From Chromera velia (taxonomy: Eukaryota): 59,884 nucleotides of DNA. The stretch is taken from the NCBI GenBank assembly GCA_018398765.1, contig JAHBMJ010000023.1:1-59884 (forward strand), written 5' to 3'. Under the pieces are notes generated by a model. The model did no database searches. It was given only the letters and a program-made list of their open reading frames with translations, and was not told the DNA's origin. Below are positions 1-12,300 of this stretch, piece after piece; positions within the stretch are counted from its first letter, which is position 1; each line of letters begins with the position of its first letter. The position numbers and the translations under genes are program-made.

Positions 1-619
1 ACACACTGTCATGCTGTTTTATACAATCCCACTCGATACACAGGCCACCTCGACGTTGAGAGAGTTTGAAAGTGTCGATCTCTAACCCCCCTGGCATCTA
101 TCTAAACCCAACAACTCAACAGGCAACGCTAAACCCTCCCGCTTTCGAAATTCAATCAGGTCGTCCAAATTTTGGATGGACAAAGGGTTGGGGAGCAGCT
201 GTGGGTTCGGCTGGCGAAACCAATTAGAGTGGTGCACGATGTCAGTATGACGTCTAAGGACTCTGTCTACCTTATCTGGCCAACTGTTATGGAACTGCTT
301 CCAGTCGTCGTTTCGAAGCACAGAGGCATAAAGGAACACTTCCGAGTAACTAAACAATTTTTGGTTCTTGAGCTCTTCTCTCAGCGCCTCGGAAACAGCA
401 GAGACGCCTGCTGAGATTCGCTCCTTTAACCCCCCCCTTACGCATACACCCTCCTCCCTCTTCTCCCTCCCTTCAGTTTTATCTCCCCAACCCACTGAGC
501 TGGTGGTGCTGTTACACACGTGGGCGGTCTGGTTCTTCACCTGGTTGGACGGAGCCCATGACTCTGCAGACAACAAATAAACAAACAAACAAACAAACGG
601 ATGAATTAGAAAAAAAGAA

Positions 620-661
<42 letters not shown>

Positions 662-689
662 GAGAGAGGGAGAGGAAGCGCAGCGATGG

Positions 690-1372
690 AAGAGAGTGGC
701 TACTCTCAGACTGATATGGGACACCGGCCTCTCGCTCCGGGACACTGCATGTATGAAGTCGTAAGATTGTACCAGCTGGTGCAGGAATGGACGGGAAGAA
801 GATACAAGAGAATTTTATCCAAAAAAAACCGGCCTATGTGGGCGGGCAGGCACACAGAGACAGACGCACGGGTTCTTCATCAATTCTCCTAAGCAGATTA
901 AGACTCACCATCCTCCATAGAGGAAAGCTCCTGCCGTCCCTTTTGCTTCGCTTGGGGTGCCGAGCAAGACAGCCCGACGCGGTCTGCCTGCAGAGACAGG
1001 AGACTGAACGTTCCTCCTTCTTTTTGAAAAGCGCCCACAAACCGCAGTCTGAAAGCAGATTAGGGTAAGTGGAAACTTTTAAGGCTTCTGGGTCAAAAAT
1101 GCTGGAAAACCCTTCCATCTCTCACAGAAGTGATTGATACGGCTTCGCCCTGCGGCGACACCCACCAACAGGCAAAGAAGATCAATTTAGATTCCATTCA
1201 TATGAATAAAAGAGAGACGGAATCAATCCATGCATGTATCGGCAGTCGATCAGAGATCCTCTCCCTACATCGCTTGCATTGAGCCCTGCAATGACTGCGT
1301 CCACTGGATCTTAGTGAATTTTCTTTCCTTTCTGGCAAGGTGTGGCAGGCTTTGACAGGCATTTGACAGGCG
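690..1372. repeat. Dispersed ~680-bp repeat, copy 1 (probable degenerate TE fragment)
   Basis: Aligns by eye in direct orientation with 3655-4338 (shared 'ggacactgcatgtatgaagt', 'gggttcttcatcaattctcct', 'aagaagatcaatttagattccattcatatg'); no recognisable protein. Confidence 0.8.
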
Positions 1373-1921
1373 CTGTCATGCTGACAGTGTTATAACTGTA
1401 GCTGCCATTGGTGTAAGTTGAACGTACTCTGACAGCCGTCGTGCATGGTACTGCACTTAGTGCGTGATACGCTATGGAGTGCTGTGCTTTAGCCCTGATT
1501 TCAGGATCTTTCCAGCACCGCTCTTGCTTATGCTTTGCCTACGTTGCATCCATATTTTTTCTTGTGGTTTCCTTCATGTCGCAAGGTTCTTTCTGAAGTG
1601 TGCATGCACGACCTGTCGTGTGTCTGGACGGGATTTTTCTTCTCTGGGTTTCTTTCGGTAACAGAAGAGCGTCGCTTTTCAGTGTCATGTCCGGCTTCGG
1701 TTCTTCCGGGTCTTCGCTTCCCTTGCTTGAGTGCGCTTGCCTCTCTAAGCCTGGCGTTAATCAATTAGCGATCGATCGAGGTTTCGTCTGGATTACCCGG
1801 CCTCCATGTCATGTAGTTTTGGTCGGTGCCTAGGTTTCTGACATTATGGCTAGCATTATAGTGTACACTTCTAGGGCACAAACCTATAGCGGTGCCTAGG
1901 CCTGGCGGTGAGCTCAATATC

Positions 1922-1962
<41 letters not shown>

Positions 1963-3654
1963 GCCAAACCCTAGGTGGAGTTAGAACTCCGAGATCATCA
2001 CTTAATTGCATCATTGGCGCCCTGCGAGGGGCGGCGAGGGCCTCATAGGCTCTGTGCCCCCGCCTCGCGGCCCCCCCACGTCCCCTCCCGGGGCGCCATG
2101 TATGCACTCAGCTACTGAGACTGCGATATGAGTATCTGATGCACGCAAGCGTGCGAACGGCCCCGGAAAGCATGTGTAGAAGCCTTCATCTGACGCACGC
2201 ACATCAAAGCACGTGCATCGGGGTACTTCAGGAATTAGTCGGTGATTTTCCAGTATTTTCCAGCCCAAGAGGACAGTTCTTTCTGGGGCCTTTTTTTTTA
2301 TGAAAGCTCCATGCATTGTGGGCTAAAGAGAGTGTTTAGTAAGTGCCCCCCGCTTTACCCCATTTCGCTTTCAGGGGCCAAACCTCCCTGAACCTAAGTA
2401 CTACTTGAAAAAACATAATCAAGATGATCTCTATCTGTGGCATCGTTTTTCAAGAAACCGTCTATGCTTGCGGCATACACGGTCAAGACACCGTCCAGAT
2501 ATGCGGCTTTGGCTTTTAAGATACCGTAAGTGATCCCCACCTGCGGCATGGACTTTCAAGCTTATCCAAAAATGCGGCTTCAACTTTTAAGTAGTAGTTA
2601 GGTTCAGGGAGGTCCGGGGCCACTGCCAAAGTCGGACTCCCTCGGAAAAGAGACCGCCACACCGCGCCACACAAGTCTGAGTATATACAATCACGTGAAC
2701 AATTTAAGAACATTACATGCATGGTAGTAGAGGCTCTTAGAGACTGTCTGGTGCCGGGCCACATGCGCCTACATGCATGCAGGCATGCCACGGCCCGGCT
2801 GGTGTATGATCAGACCCGGCTACAATAAAAGTTCATATTAATAAAACTATGTGTCTACAACAAAGACCAGCATTAACTAATATAAAAACTAGCTTAGTCT
2901 TATATTAAAGAGACTAGTAAAGTGATTGCATAGACTTACCATAGTATTTGTATAGTAAGTAAAAATGTTTTTTGGCGCACACAAATGTTTTTTACAGTAA
3001 AAGTATGATTTAGATTATATGATGATATTGTACACTAAGGAAAATTCAACTACGAGAAAAAAGAGAAAATCAATATATGCAATTATAGATAAATTAGCAC
3101 TGAATTTAACAGTTTTTTTAGCACCCTGAATAATTAGAAATATTTCAATCTCTTAGCTAGAGGTAAAAGTAAATTACTCACGTATGAATAACATATAGAA
3201 CATGTGCTTAGCATTGTGTTATTATCAGCTTTTATTTAATGTGCAAGTCTAGGTGCAACTAGGTGTAACTGTACATAAGTGTAACTTATATGAGAAATTA
3301 AGTCATAACTTATGATTATAAATACATAATTGGTAGACTACCTAATAAATGCTACTAGATTACTTATTTTACTTACTTACTTAATTGTGGTTAAGCCTAG
3401 GGTCTCCGAAACCAGAGACAAATGGCAACCCATGCATGCAGTTATAAATAAAAGGAGCAAGCCGCTGCAGCTTAGCCTGCTTCCATATGAATATGAACAA
3501 CCACGACCCTTCGCAGCCTAGGCTGAAGCTAAAGGCTGAACAACCATACAAAACGTGCGTGCACTCATTTCAGACAAGCTTCGATCAGTGTACTTGCTTT
3601 TTTTGGCTCCTGGTCCTAAATAAATGAAACGCGATGAAACGAGCTCTCTTACAT

Positions 3655-4338
3655 AGAGAGTGGCTAGGACACTGGCTTCTCACTCCAGGACACTGCATGT
3701 ATGAAGTTGAGGGATTATACTAGCTGACACATGAATGGACGGAACGAAGGTATAAGAGAACTTCATCCAAGAAGAACCAGCCCACATGGGCAGGCAGACT
3801 GAGACATATGCATGGGTTCTTCATCAATTCTCCTGAGCAGATTGGAACTCACCACTCGTCATAGAGGAGAGCTTCTGCCATTCCTTTCGCTTCGCTTGGG
3901 GTGCCGAGCAAGACAGCCTGACGCGGTCTGCCTGTGGAGAGTCTGGCGGGAGACTGGATGTTTCTCCTTAATTCTTTTTGAAAAGCGCCCACAAACCGCA
4001 ATCTGAAAGCAGATTGGGGTAGGCGGAAAGGCTTCTGGGTTAAAAATACTGAAAAACCCTTCCATCTCTCATGGAAGCGATCAATACGGCTTTGCCCTGC
4101 GGCGACTGTCACGCCCACCAATAGGCAAAGGGACGCAAAGAAGATCAATTTAGATTCCATTCATATGCATGAAAGAGAGATGGAATCAATCCATGTATTG
4201 GTAGTCGATCAGAGATCCTCTCCCTGCATTGCTTGCATTGAGCCCTGTAATGACTGCGTCCTCTGGATCTTAGTAAATTTTCTTTCCTTCTTGGCAAGGT
4301 CTGGTTAGGCTTCAATAGGCATTTGACAGGCACTGTCA
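3655..4338. repeat. Dispersed ~680-bp repeat, copy 2
   Basis: Direct repeat of 690-1372, differing mostly by transitions. Confidence 0.8.
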
Positions 4339-4704
4339 GAGTCAGACAGTAGGGTTTGATCAGTCTGTTAACCGTTGCATCAGCTAAATCGTCCCCAGCT
4401 AGCCGTCCGACGTCGTATACTGCACTTGGCGCCCCTCGAGATCGTATGGGCCTCATACAGGCTCCACCACCACCCCCAGCCCCCCCGAAGAGCGCACCGC
4501 GGCGCGCCGCGGTTGTAAAACCTTAAATAAAAATGAAGAAAGGGGAGGAACCGGGGTGTGACTGTTCTGGTCTTTACCTTTTCTGAGGTAAGTTGAACCA
4601 AATTGATCAGCAATTGATCAAATTTATCATTGAAACACCTTAAAAAAAATTTTTTGGCGCCTGCAACACTAAAAAAAAAACCGTTTTTACACTATATGGG
4701 GCCA

Positions 4705-6800
4705 TAGAGTTAGAGTTAGAGTTAGAAGATGCCTAACCCCAGTTAGAACGCTAAGCTCCCAGGTGGTACATACATGTATGGTTATTGTTTGTTAAGTCGG
4801 TTATCATCATTCTAGAATTCGGAGACAGACATCAAAGAGACAGGCCGGATGCAAGCATAGAAGCGATTGAATGACATTACGGATGAAGAGTTCAGAAGTA
4901 CTTGTACCAGGGAGTGAACAGTTACAATCATTTGAATTAATGATGAACCAGCTCAGCCACATAGTGCAGGAATTCTCTTTCATCCAGCCACTTGACACAT
5001 GAAGAAAGTCTATGCATAAAGTCATCAACAGACCGAATACAAGAATCATGTACACAGAGTTTGTGGTCACTAGATTCAACAGAGTCTCTTGTCTACTTAT
5101 CCACTGTGTGACAGCGAAAAAAACTGTTTCCACCTTCAGTCTCTTGTGACAGTTCAGTTATCCACAGCGAAAAAAACTGTTTCCACTTTCAGTCTCTTGT
5201 CTATTTATTTACAGTGAAAAAAGCTGTTTCCACCTTCAGTCTCACTCTGCTGATCAGATTCCTCTACTCTTCCTGCCAGACCCCTCCACTCTGCCGATCA
5301 CATCCCTACAGACCCTCCTACCCTGACGACCAGATCCCTCCACTCTTTTGATGAGATCTTTTGCAGACCCCCCCACCTTGCCGGGCAGATCCCTCCACTC
5401 TTTTGAAATCAAACCTATCCCAAACGGTCTTCAACATTAAAACGGTCTCTCGCCTTGTAAGTTAAATGAGAGCAGACGTAAGAAACCGAACAGAGAGCCA
5501 TCGGTTACTGTGAGAGCAGATCGAGGGAAGGCGGAAAAAGAGTAGAGAACAGAGGCGGATTTATTGCAAAAAAGAAACATAAACATGCGATGAGAGGAGG
5601 GAAAAGCTTGTTAAAGGGAGGTGAGCTTGGTAAAAGGAGAGAAATATGAAGAAGCGATAGCCCCCGCCCACCGCATGCAGACCTCTTCTACAACTGCATA
5701 TCTAGCTCTGCCCTTAAAGAAGAGAGAGCCGGTGCCTTGAACTGTTTGTAAACACTGCCTGCTGATGTCAGGGTGTTCCGGCACTCCCACCCGGGGGGGG
5801 GGGGGGGGNNNNNNNNNNNNNNNNNNNNNNNNNNNNNNNNNNNNNNNNNNNNNNNNNNNNNNNNNNNNNNNNNNNNNNNNNNNNNNNNNNNNNNNNNNNN
5901 NNNNNNNNNNNNNNNNNNNNNNNNNNNNNNNNNNNNNNNNNNNNNNNNNNNNNNNNNNNNNNNNNNNNNNNNNNNNNNNNNNNNNNNNNNNNNNNNNNNN
6001 NNNNNNNNNNNNNNNNNNNNNNNNNNNNNNNNNNNNNNNNNNNNNNNNNNNNNNNNNNNNNNNNNNNNNNNNNNNNNNNNNNNNNNNNNNNNNNNNNNNN
6101 NNNNNNNNNNNNNNNNNNNNNNNNNNNNNNNNNNNNNNNNNCCCCCGGGGGGGGGGGGGAGGGCAACGAACAAATAAAATCCAGACCAGCCCAATGAAGC
6201 AGCCGCAAGGAGGCTCTCGAAAACTCTGGACAACTGTTTTCCTTCCAGGCATACAGCATTGCAGCGGGAACGGTGTGCATGGTTTGTGAGAGCGAGCACC
6301 ACCAGTCGGCCACTCTAGAGCAAAGCAAAGCTTTTGCAGGAAGCAGGCTAAAAATACACAGGGAGGGCAAACGAAGAGTGTGAGCAGACAGACGGCCAGA
6401 CCAGCATGCAAAACGGAGCTGCAAAGTATCGATTGCAAGAAGATCGGCATCACGAAGAGGGAAGCATTCGAGGCAGTACAATACGATAGCGGACCAACAC
6501 CTAAGACCAACACGCTTTAAAAACAGTCATCTATGTATCTACACTGAGGGGACCCATCCTGGCAATCAGACCAAACACAGCCCCCAGGGTGCAGGAGGCT
6601 GAAGCAATATGCGATTCAACTGTCTCACTGAGGCATCCCCTAGAGGCATCTCCCCTCAAAGAATAGACACCCCAGGTACTTGTATTCCATTGCCCATTCG
6701 ACCTCCTTCCCTTCATACACCACCAAACCGGAGCTTTCCCTAAATACAGAGGCAGACAGACGGAGAATCTTTGTCTTTTTTAGATTAACTGTAAGTCTTG
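4705..6800 (-). mobile_element. Non-LTR retrotransposon family B, 5'-truncated degenerate copy, interrupted at ~5090-5450 and ~5792-6163
   Basis: Minus-strand peptides LTVNLKKTKIL...MEYKYLGCLFF resemble the LINE RT thumb/C-terminal region. Colinear with 43991-45306. The 3' tail is (CTCTAA)n, read as TTAGAG repeats at 4705-4728. Confidence 0.75.
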
Positions 6801-7317
6801 AGGGGGCGCCCGCTGTGGAGGGGCCTGGAAGGAACCGCAGTACAGCCACGGTGCTAAAAATGATGATTAAGGGTTTTTTTATGCATGCCGCGTCCCTATA
6901 TATAAGAGGTGGAGCTAACCTAGTTTGTCGATTTGTTCCGTCCTAAGACTACCAGCGACAAAAATAAGTGTCACTTCGATCACCCTAATACAGCTGATCA
7001 ATCGCGGCTTCACAACTGGTTGGACAATCAAAAGAGCTAGGGTATGACACTCTTGAGCCTCGTCAGTCAGTTTCACTCAGCAATACCCCCTTTTTATCCC
7101 GCATACAACACATCAACATGTCAAAACATATTTTTTGTATTTATTGGACCAAAAAAACCAAATAAAGATGAAAAGTCTACCAGTTTTTGAACGATTTTGA
7201 CCTAAAAACACTCAAAAACATGTTAGCGCCAACAAAAGTTCTGATTTGCCGGTTCTGGCGGTTCTACCCCCCTGACACTCAAGGCTACTTAAAATTTTGT
7301 GCCACTCAAAAATCCAC

Positions 7318-7472
7318 TCTTGAAAGGCCGCGCCGCAGGCGTGGCCTATGTCTTGAAAAGCTGTGCCGCAAGCAGAGCCTATGTCTTGAAAAGCTATGCC
7401 ACAAGGAGAGCCTATGTCTTGAAAAACTATACGCCGCAAGCACAGCATATGTCTTGAAAAACTATGCCGCAC
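7318..7472. repeat. ~33-bp tandem repeat, 4-5 copies
   Basis: Unit cctatgtcttgaaaagctrtgccgcaagcagag; 'tatgtcttgaaaa' at 7347, 7380, 7413, 7448. Confidence 0.85.
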
Positions 7473-9384
7473 AACGAGTTCATCCAATACTGGTGTGAAG
7501 TCAGGCCTCGAAACATGAAGGGACAGGACCCTCTTTCTCTGAGCACCTGCTCCGTCTGCCCTTTCCATCACCAAATGATGAAACCCAAGGCAACGCAGCT
7601 TTCTCTTCACTGCCCTAACCCACCTTTCAACATCTGTGTGTGTGTATGAAAGATTGGTGGGGATGATTGCAACGAAGCGCATGTGCGAAACAAACTCTGA
7701 TACAAGAAGACACAAGACAAGATAGAGAACAGAGGTAGCAAGACCGTACTTTTTGCACAAATTGAAGACGTCTTCGGGAAGATCAAAGGTGTTTTCATCG
7801 GGCTTGATGGGTCCTCAGAAAAACATCGCGCCTGCATGTAGAAAGGCATGCCGGGGCCGTGATTTCCGGGGCCGCGCGGTACTGCGTAAAGGCAGCGCAA
7901 CAGTGGGGCGCATACGCATACAGTGGAATAAATTTTAGTGGCACGAAATAGTACGAAACGATGCCGCCGCTCAAAAATCCTAACTTGAAATTAAATGCCA
8001 CTGAAAAATCCAATCTTCAAAAATGTTTTCAAGAACAGCTTAGAGTGTCGGGGGGGTAGGCGGTTCAGGAACCCAAACACCCCCCCCCTGAACCAAATGA
8101 TAAGACCTTCCATTATATTTATTTCACTTTGTTTTAAGTTTTTTTGTATGAAAGACTTTATGGAACTAAGAATTGCTTTGGTTCTTGATGGTTCAGATGA
8201 GTTCCATAAGTTCTCATTATGAGTTTATCGGTTCAAAAACCACCATCGTATGGAGAACTGGAACCAACATTGGCACCCGACCTGTAACCATGCAGAACCC
8301 CCCCCCTTTCTTTTGAACCATCCTGAAAACGTGTTTTTCTTGTATATCAAGATGTTTTTTCTTCAAAAAAAGATGTGAACGGGTGAAAATAAATGTATCA
8401 AATGCAGTTCTTGCTGCTAGAACTCTCTGTGTATCGTAAAGTATCTACAGAGTGTCATACCCTAGCAAAAGAGAGAGAAAAGAGACAGAGGGGATGTAAG
8501 GCAGAACCTTCGAGACAGTTCAGTTTTTTCATTGAAAAAAGGCTGCCATTTTAATCAGAAAGACCTTAATTGTGTAGAAGTGTATCCCGCACGTCTTCCA
8601 TCCCTTCAAAGAACTCCTGCTTTAAACACTCCATCAAAACTCTTTCTTTATTTGCGCTTTTACCCACCTCTTTTCTGTCTTCTCGCATTGCCAAAGAAAT
8701 TCCTTCAGTTTGCGCCCTCCCGGTCAAAAGACCTGGAGAACGTGGTTACTTCCCTCCTGAGCAGGCCCTTGGGCTGGAAGGGGCCCCTCGTGCCCCTCCT
8801 GCTGTAGATGGAGGACATGCAGAAGGTTTCCTGCAACAAAACGCTGCAGAGTGCAGAACAAGAGCTTGTAGTAGCGGTCTATCAACCTTACTTGGACTGC
8901 TTTGTCTCCCTCCCCACCTTTCACCCTCCCTGCTCCCAACTTTGCCACAAAAATGGCCGTTCTAGAAAGCCTGCCCCCCCCCCCCCCCCCCCCCCCCCCC
9001 GCAGCCAGCCCCCCCCGCGCGGATCCAATGCCTGAGCTAGAGTCATTCGACAAATTTCGACAGCACTCTACTCCATCTGGGAAATTTATTCCTTTCGCTT
9101 CAAGCTTCTCCTCACCTTGCAGTCTCCTTCTTTTAAAGGTTACAGTAGAGTGGGGGTGCGCAAGCTAGGGTCTCTCATCCCGTCTTGAGACCTTTCAGGC
9201 AACCGGGCCCAATCGATCAACTGGAGACGAACTCCCTGCAGTCTCTTTTCCCGCCGGCCATATCTCTTGATCTTGACCCGTGCCATTCTGGTCTGACAAG
9301 AAAGGAAGATAGTCATTGCATTACCAAGAAGTGAATAAAGCACGCGAATAAAGCGGGGCTCTACGTGAAGCGCCCAGCTGGTGC

Positions 9385-12300
9385 ATGGAAAAAATGAATC
9401 ACACGGGTGGAGATCCAACCCAAGCGTTGCTTTTGTGGGCCAATGAGGAGGAGCAGAGCAGAGGAAGAGGAGCCATCACGGGCCCCTCACCTGCCCGGAA
9501 GCAGACAGCGGGGCTGGGCCCTATCCAGCCTTCGGCGTTTGTAGTGGCAGGACCATCGGAGGCCCATGAGAAGAAAGAGACAAGGGGCAAGAAAGGGAGG
9601 GAGAGGAAAGCACAGCAAGCAGATTCCCCCCAAGCGCCCAGTCTGCCCTCCCGTCTCCCGCCCTGTCTCCTCGGAAGCAGAGAAGATGCAGCAGGACAGG
9701 TAGAGAAGGAAAGAGAAAAAGGGCCTCAGGCTGGTGTGCCTTCATCCGGACGGCGCGATCACAGAAAATTGGAAGAAGAGAGAGAAGCCTCATCAGACCC
9801 TTCGGGAAGAGGAGGCATCCTCCTTTCGGATTTTGTCTTGGCAGATACGAAGGTAAGTGTTGGGGGGCTGTGGTTTCCTGCCTGCTTTGCTTGTCTGGAT
9901 GCTGCACTACCCGAGACTGTCTTGCTTGCCTTTGCTTTTTCAGACAGTCGATGCGGTTGAGTCGGCAAGCACAGAAGATTACTCGCACGCATATCCCGAG
10001 AGTCAATCGAGACGACTCCTCCCTCTACCCAGCACCGAAGAGAAGAGAAGAGACAAGACAGGAAACGGACGAAAGCTGCTGTGACTGGTCCTGTCAAGCT
10101 GTTGCCCTGCGACCGTGCGAGTAGTCTCTTGACACTTTCTGTTTCCCTCTCTATCCCCATCTCTCTGTTTTCTTCAGGAAGAGAGCTTCATTGGGAAGGG
10201 CTCCTTTGGCGTGGTCCTTCGGGTCCGTCTCAAGGGGACAGACCACGAGTTCGCAATGAAAACGGTGAGCTGACACTTGAGCTTACTTGGCCAGCCGGCA
10301 GGTATATGGACAGACAGACAGGCCGACTATCTGTTCTTTGTTCTTTTCCCTTTTTCCCCTTCCTACGCTTGTCTGGAGTCTTGGGACGTAGACGGCATCT
10401 CAACGAGACAACGTCACTCACTTTGAGTCCTATCAAAAAGTTGCTTGAAGCGTCTTTGCTTCGTTGGAGGGGAAGTCCACCTGCCTTGTTGCATTTCAAC
10501 GTGAATAGACGGGTTTTTAAAATAAATATACCTCTCTGTGTTCGTCCGGGGGTGCAGATCCAAACAGATGCTGTGGGGTTTCCAGAGTTAGCTCGGCAGA
10601 TCGAGACGGAAGTTGCCGTTCAGATGGGATTGTCTCATGAGAACCTTTTGGGACTCCATGCTTTCTTTCTGGAGGTACGTACGTGGGTTGGTTGGTGGAG
10701 AGACAGATGGATCCCTCCCTCCGTCCTCTGTTTGTTCTAGTGGGCATGCTTTGCTGACTCCCTCTTGTCCATTTCAAGCGTTTCCGTTGTAGTCTCGCCC
10801 CTCTTTTGCGTTTTTGCACTCAGTTGCTGTCGGAAATTCTTGGTCTAGCTGCCCTTTCTTTTGGCCCCCCTTTAATTTTCTGTGTAGACTCTTCTGCAGG
10901 GAGTGTGCTCGATCGAGTTTCTTGCATGCATGCAGTAGAGTAGACAGATAGTGGACTCTTTGAGCTTGTGGCCCTCTCAGGCGTCCGTTTCTTTTGTCTT
11001 TGTGTGGTGTGGGTGTTTCCTCATTTACCCTTCGCGAACCTTCCTTTATCCGTCCGTCGTTTTCTATCCCCTCATAAAGAAATGAATGACTGCAGGACAC
11101 CCGACTTTTTCTTTTGATCGAGCTCTGTGAGAAGGTCAGTCTGTATCCAGTGGGTATGTCTGAGAGGAACAGTGCTCTGATAGAGAGACCTTGCAGCTGT
11201 CCGTGCAAAGGCTGGCAGAGATTTGTGGGAGGGAGGGGAGAGTAGGGCTTTCATTTTATGTCCCCTCTCTTTTTTTCTCTCGCACACGCACAAGCTGTCT
11301 GTCTGTTGTCTGTAACGTACAGTCTGTCTCTCTGTCTCTCTGTTAGGAGGGACAAGAGGAAACATATCGTTTGTCTGGTCTGTCCGTTTTGACAATCAGT
11401 CAAGGGAAGCAAAGGAAGAAAAAGAAAGAAACATGTAGTCGGTCTGTGCATCAAAAGACGCACGTGGTCTTTTGTGTGCACATGTGATGGTACTTGTATG
11501 CATGGAGGGGTGGAGGGACAATGTTTCGGAAGCAGACGGTGCGCCGATTGGGCTTTCTCTGTTTGTTCGTGAATATGTACGTGCACAAGGCTGGTGAATG
11601 TATGTATGTATGTATACGTGTATCAGTATGTCATGTGTGTGCATGCATTCTTTTGCAGGGGGAAATGTACAAACTGCTACGGATGCAGCCGCTTAGACGG
11701 TTCAGTGAAGAGACAGCGTATTTCCTGTGGATGCAGGTGAGAGGGGCGGGGGGCGCGGGTGCTGGAGTATGGATTTCGTTTGAGAAGCCTCTAGCTCTTT
11801 CGTTCGTGCCTTTGGCTGGCCCTCTTTGTGTGTCTGTCTCTTCGTGAGTATGTTTCCTGACTGGCCTGCTGCGTCTCTCTCTCTGTGAAGGAAATGACGT
11901 AGTTTCTCTCCTTCTGTTTGTTGGCTGGCCGGCCAATCTGAGTGCCTGATTCTGCTACCTCCACTTTCCTTCTCGTTTGTTCGTTCCTTTTTCTTTCTTC
12001 TTATGAGCTTTCTTTCCTCTGATGTCTTGCTGACCTCTGATCGTGCATGCATGTACCTTTCTGGTCGTGCACTCACTCCCTTCACTTCCTTCCTTCCTTG
12101 TGCCTGCCTGCAGGCGCTTGCGGGGATCAACCACATGCACCTGTCTGGGTTCATGCACAGGGACATTAAGGTCCTTCCGTTCTTCCTTTCTTCCTTCGTT
12201 CCTTCCTTCCGTTCTTCCTTTCTTCCTTCCTTTCTTCCTTCCTTCCTTTCTTCCTTCCTTCCTTCCTTCGTTCCTTCCTTCCTTTCTTCCTTCCTTCCTG

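Noticed and set aside
4..1389. CACTGTCA-terminated DNA transposon with ORF 82-588
   Set aside because: The inverted match is only ~9 bp at the window edge, no TSD can be tested, and the ORF has no recognisable motif.
4705..4728. Telomeric repeat (also ttttaggg-like text near 42285-42325)
   Set aside because: Only a few variant units; the TTAGAG run is a LINE tail.
7318..7472. CRISPR-like array
   Set aside because: Units are contiguous with no unique spacers, there are no cas genes, and the context is eukaryotic.
7464..9050. Short ORF remnants (7464-7840, 8808-9035; also 19313-19950)
   Set aside because: Stop-interrupted with no identifiable motifs; probably decayed TE sequence but unsupported.
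9944..10124. Extra kinase exon
   Set aside because: An acceptor is present but I found no convincing in-phase donor; direct splicing 9852 to 10178 gives a sensible LSDFVLADTK-EESFIGKGSFG.
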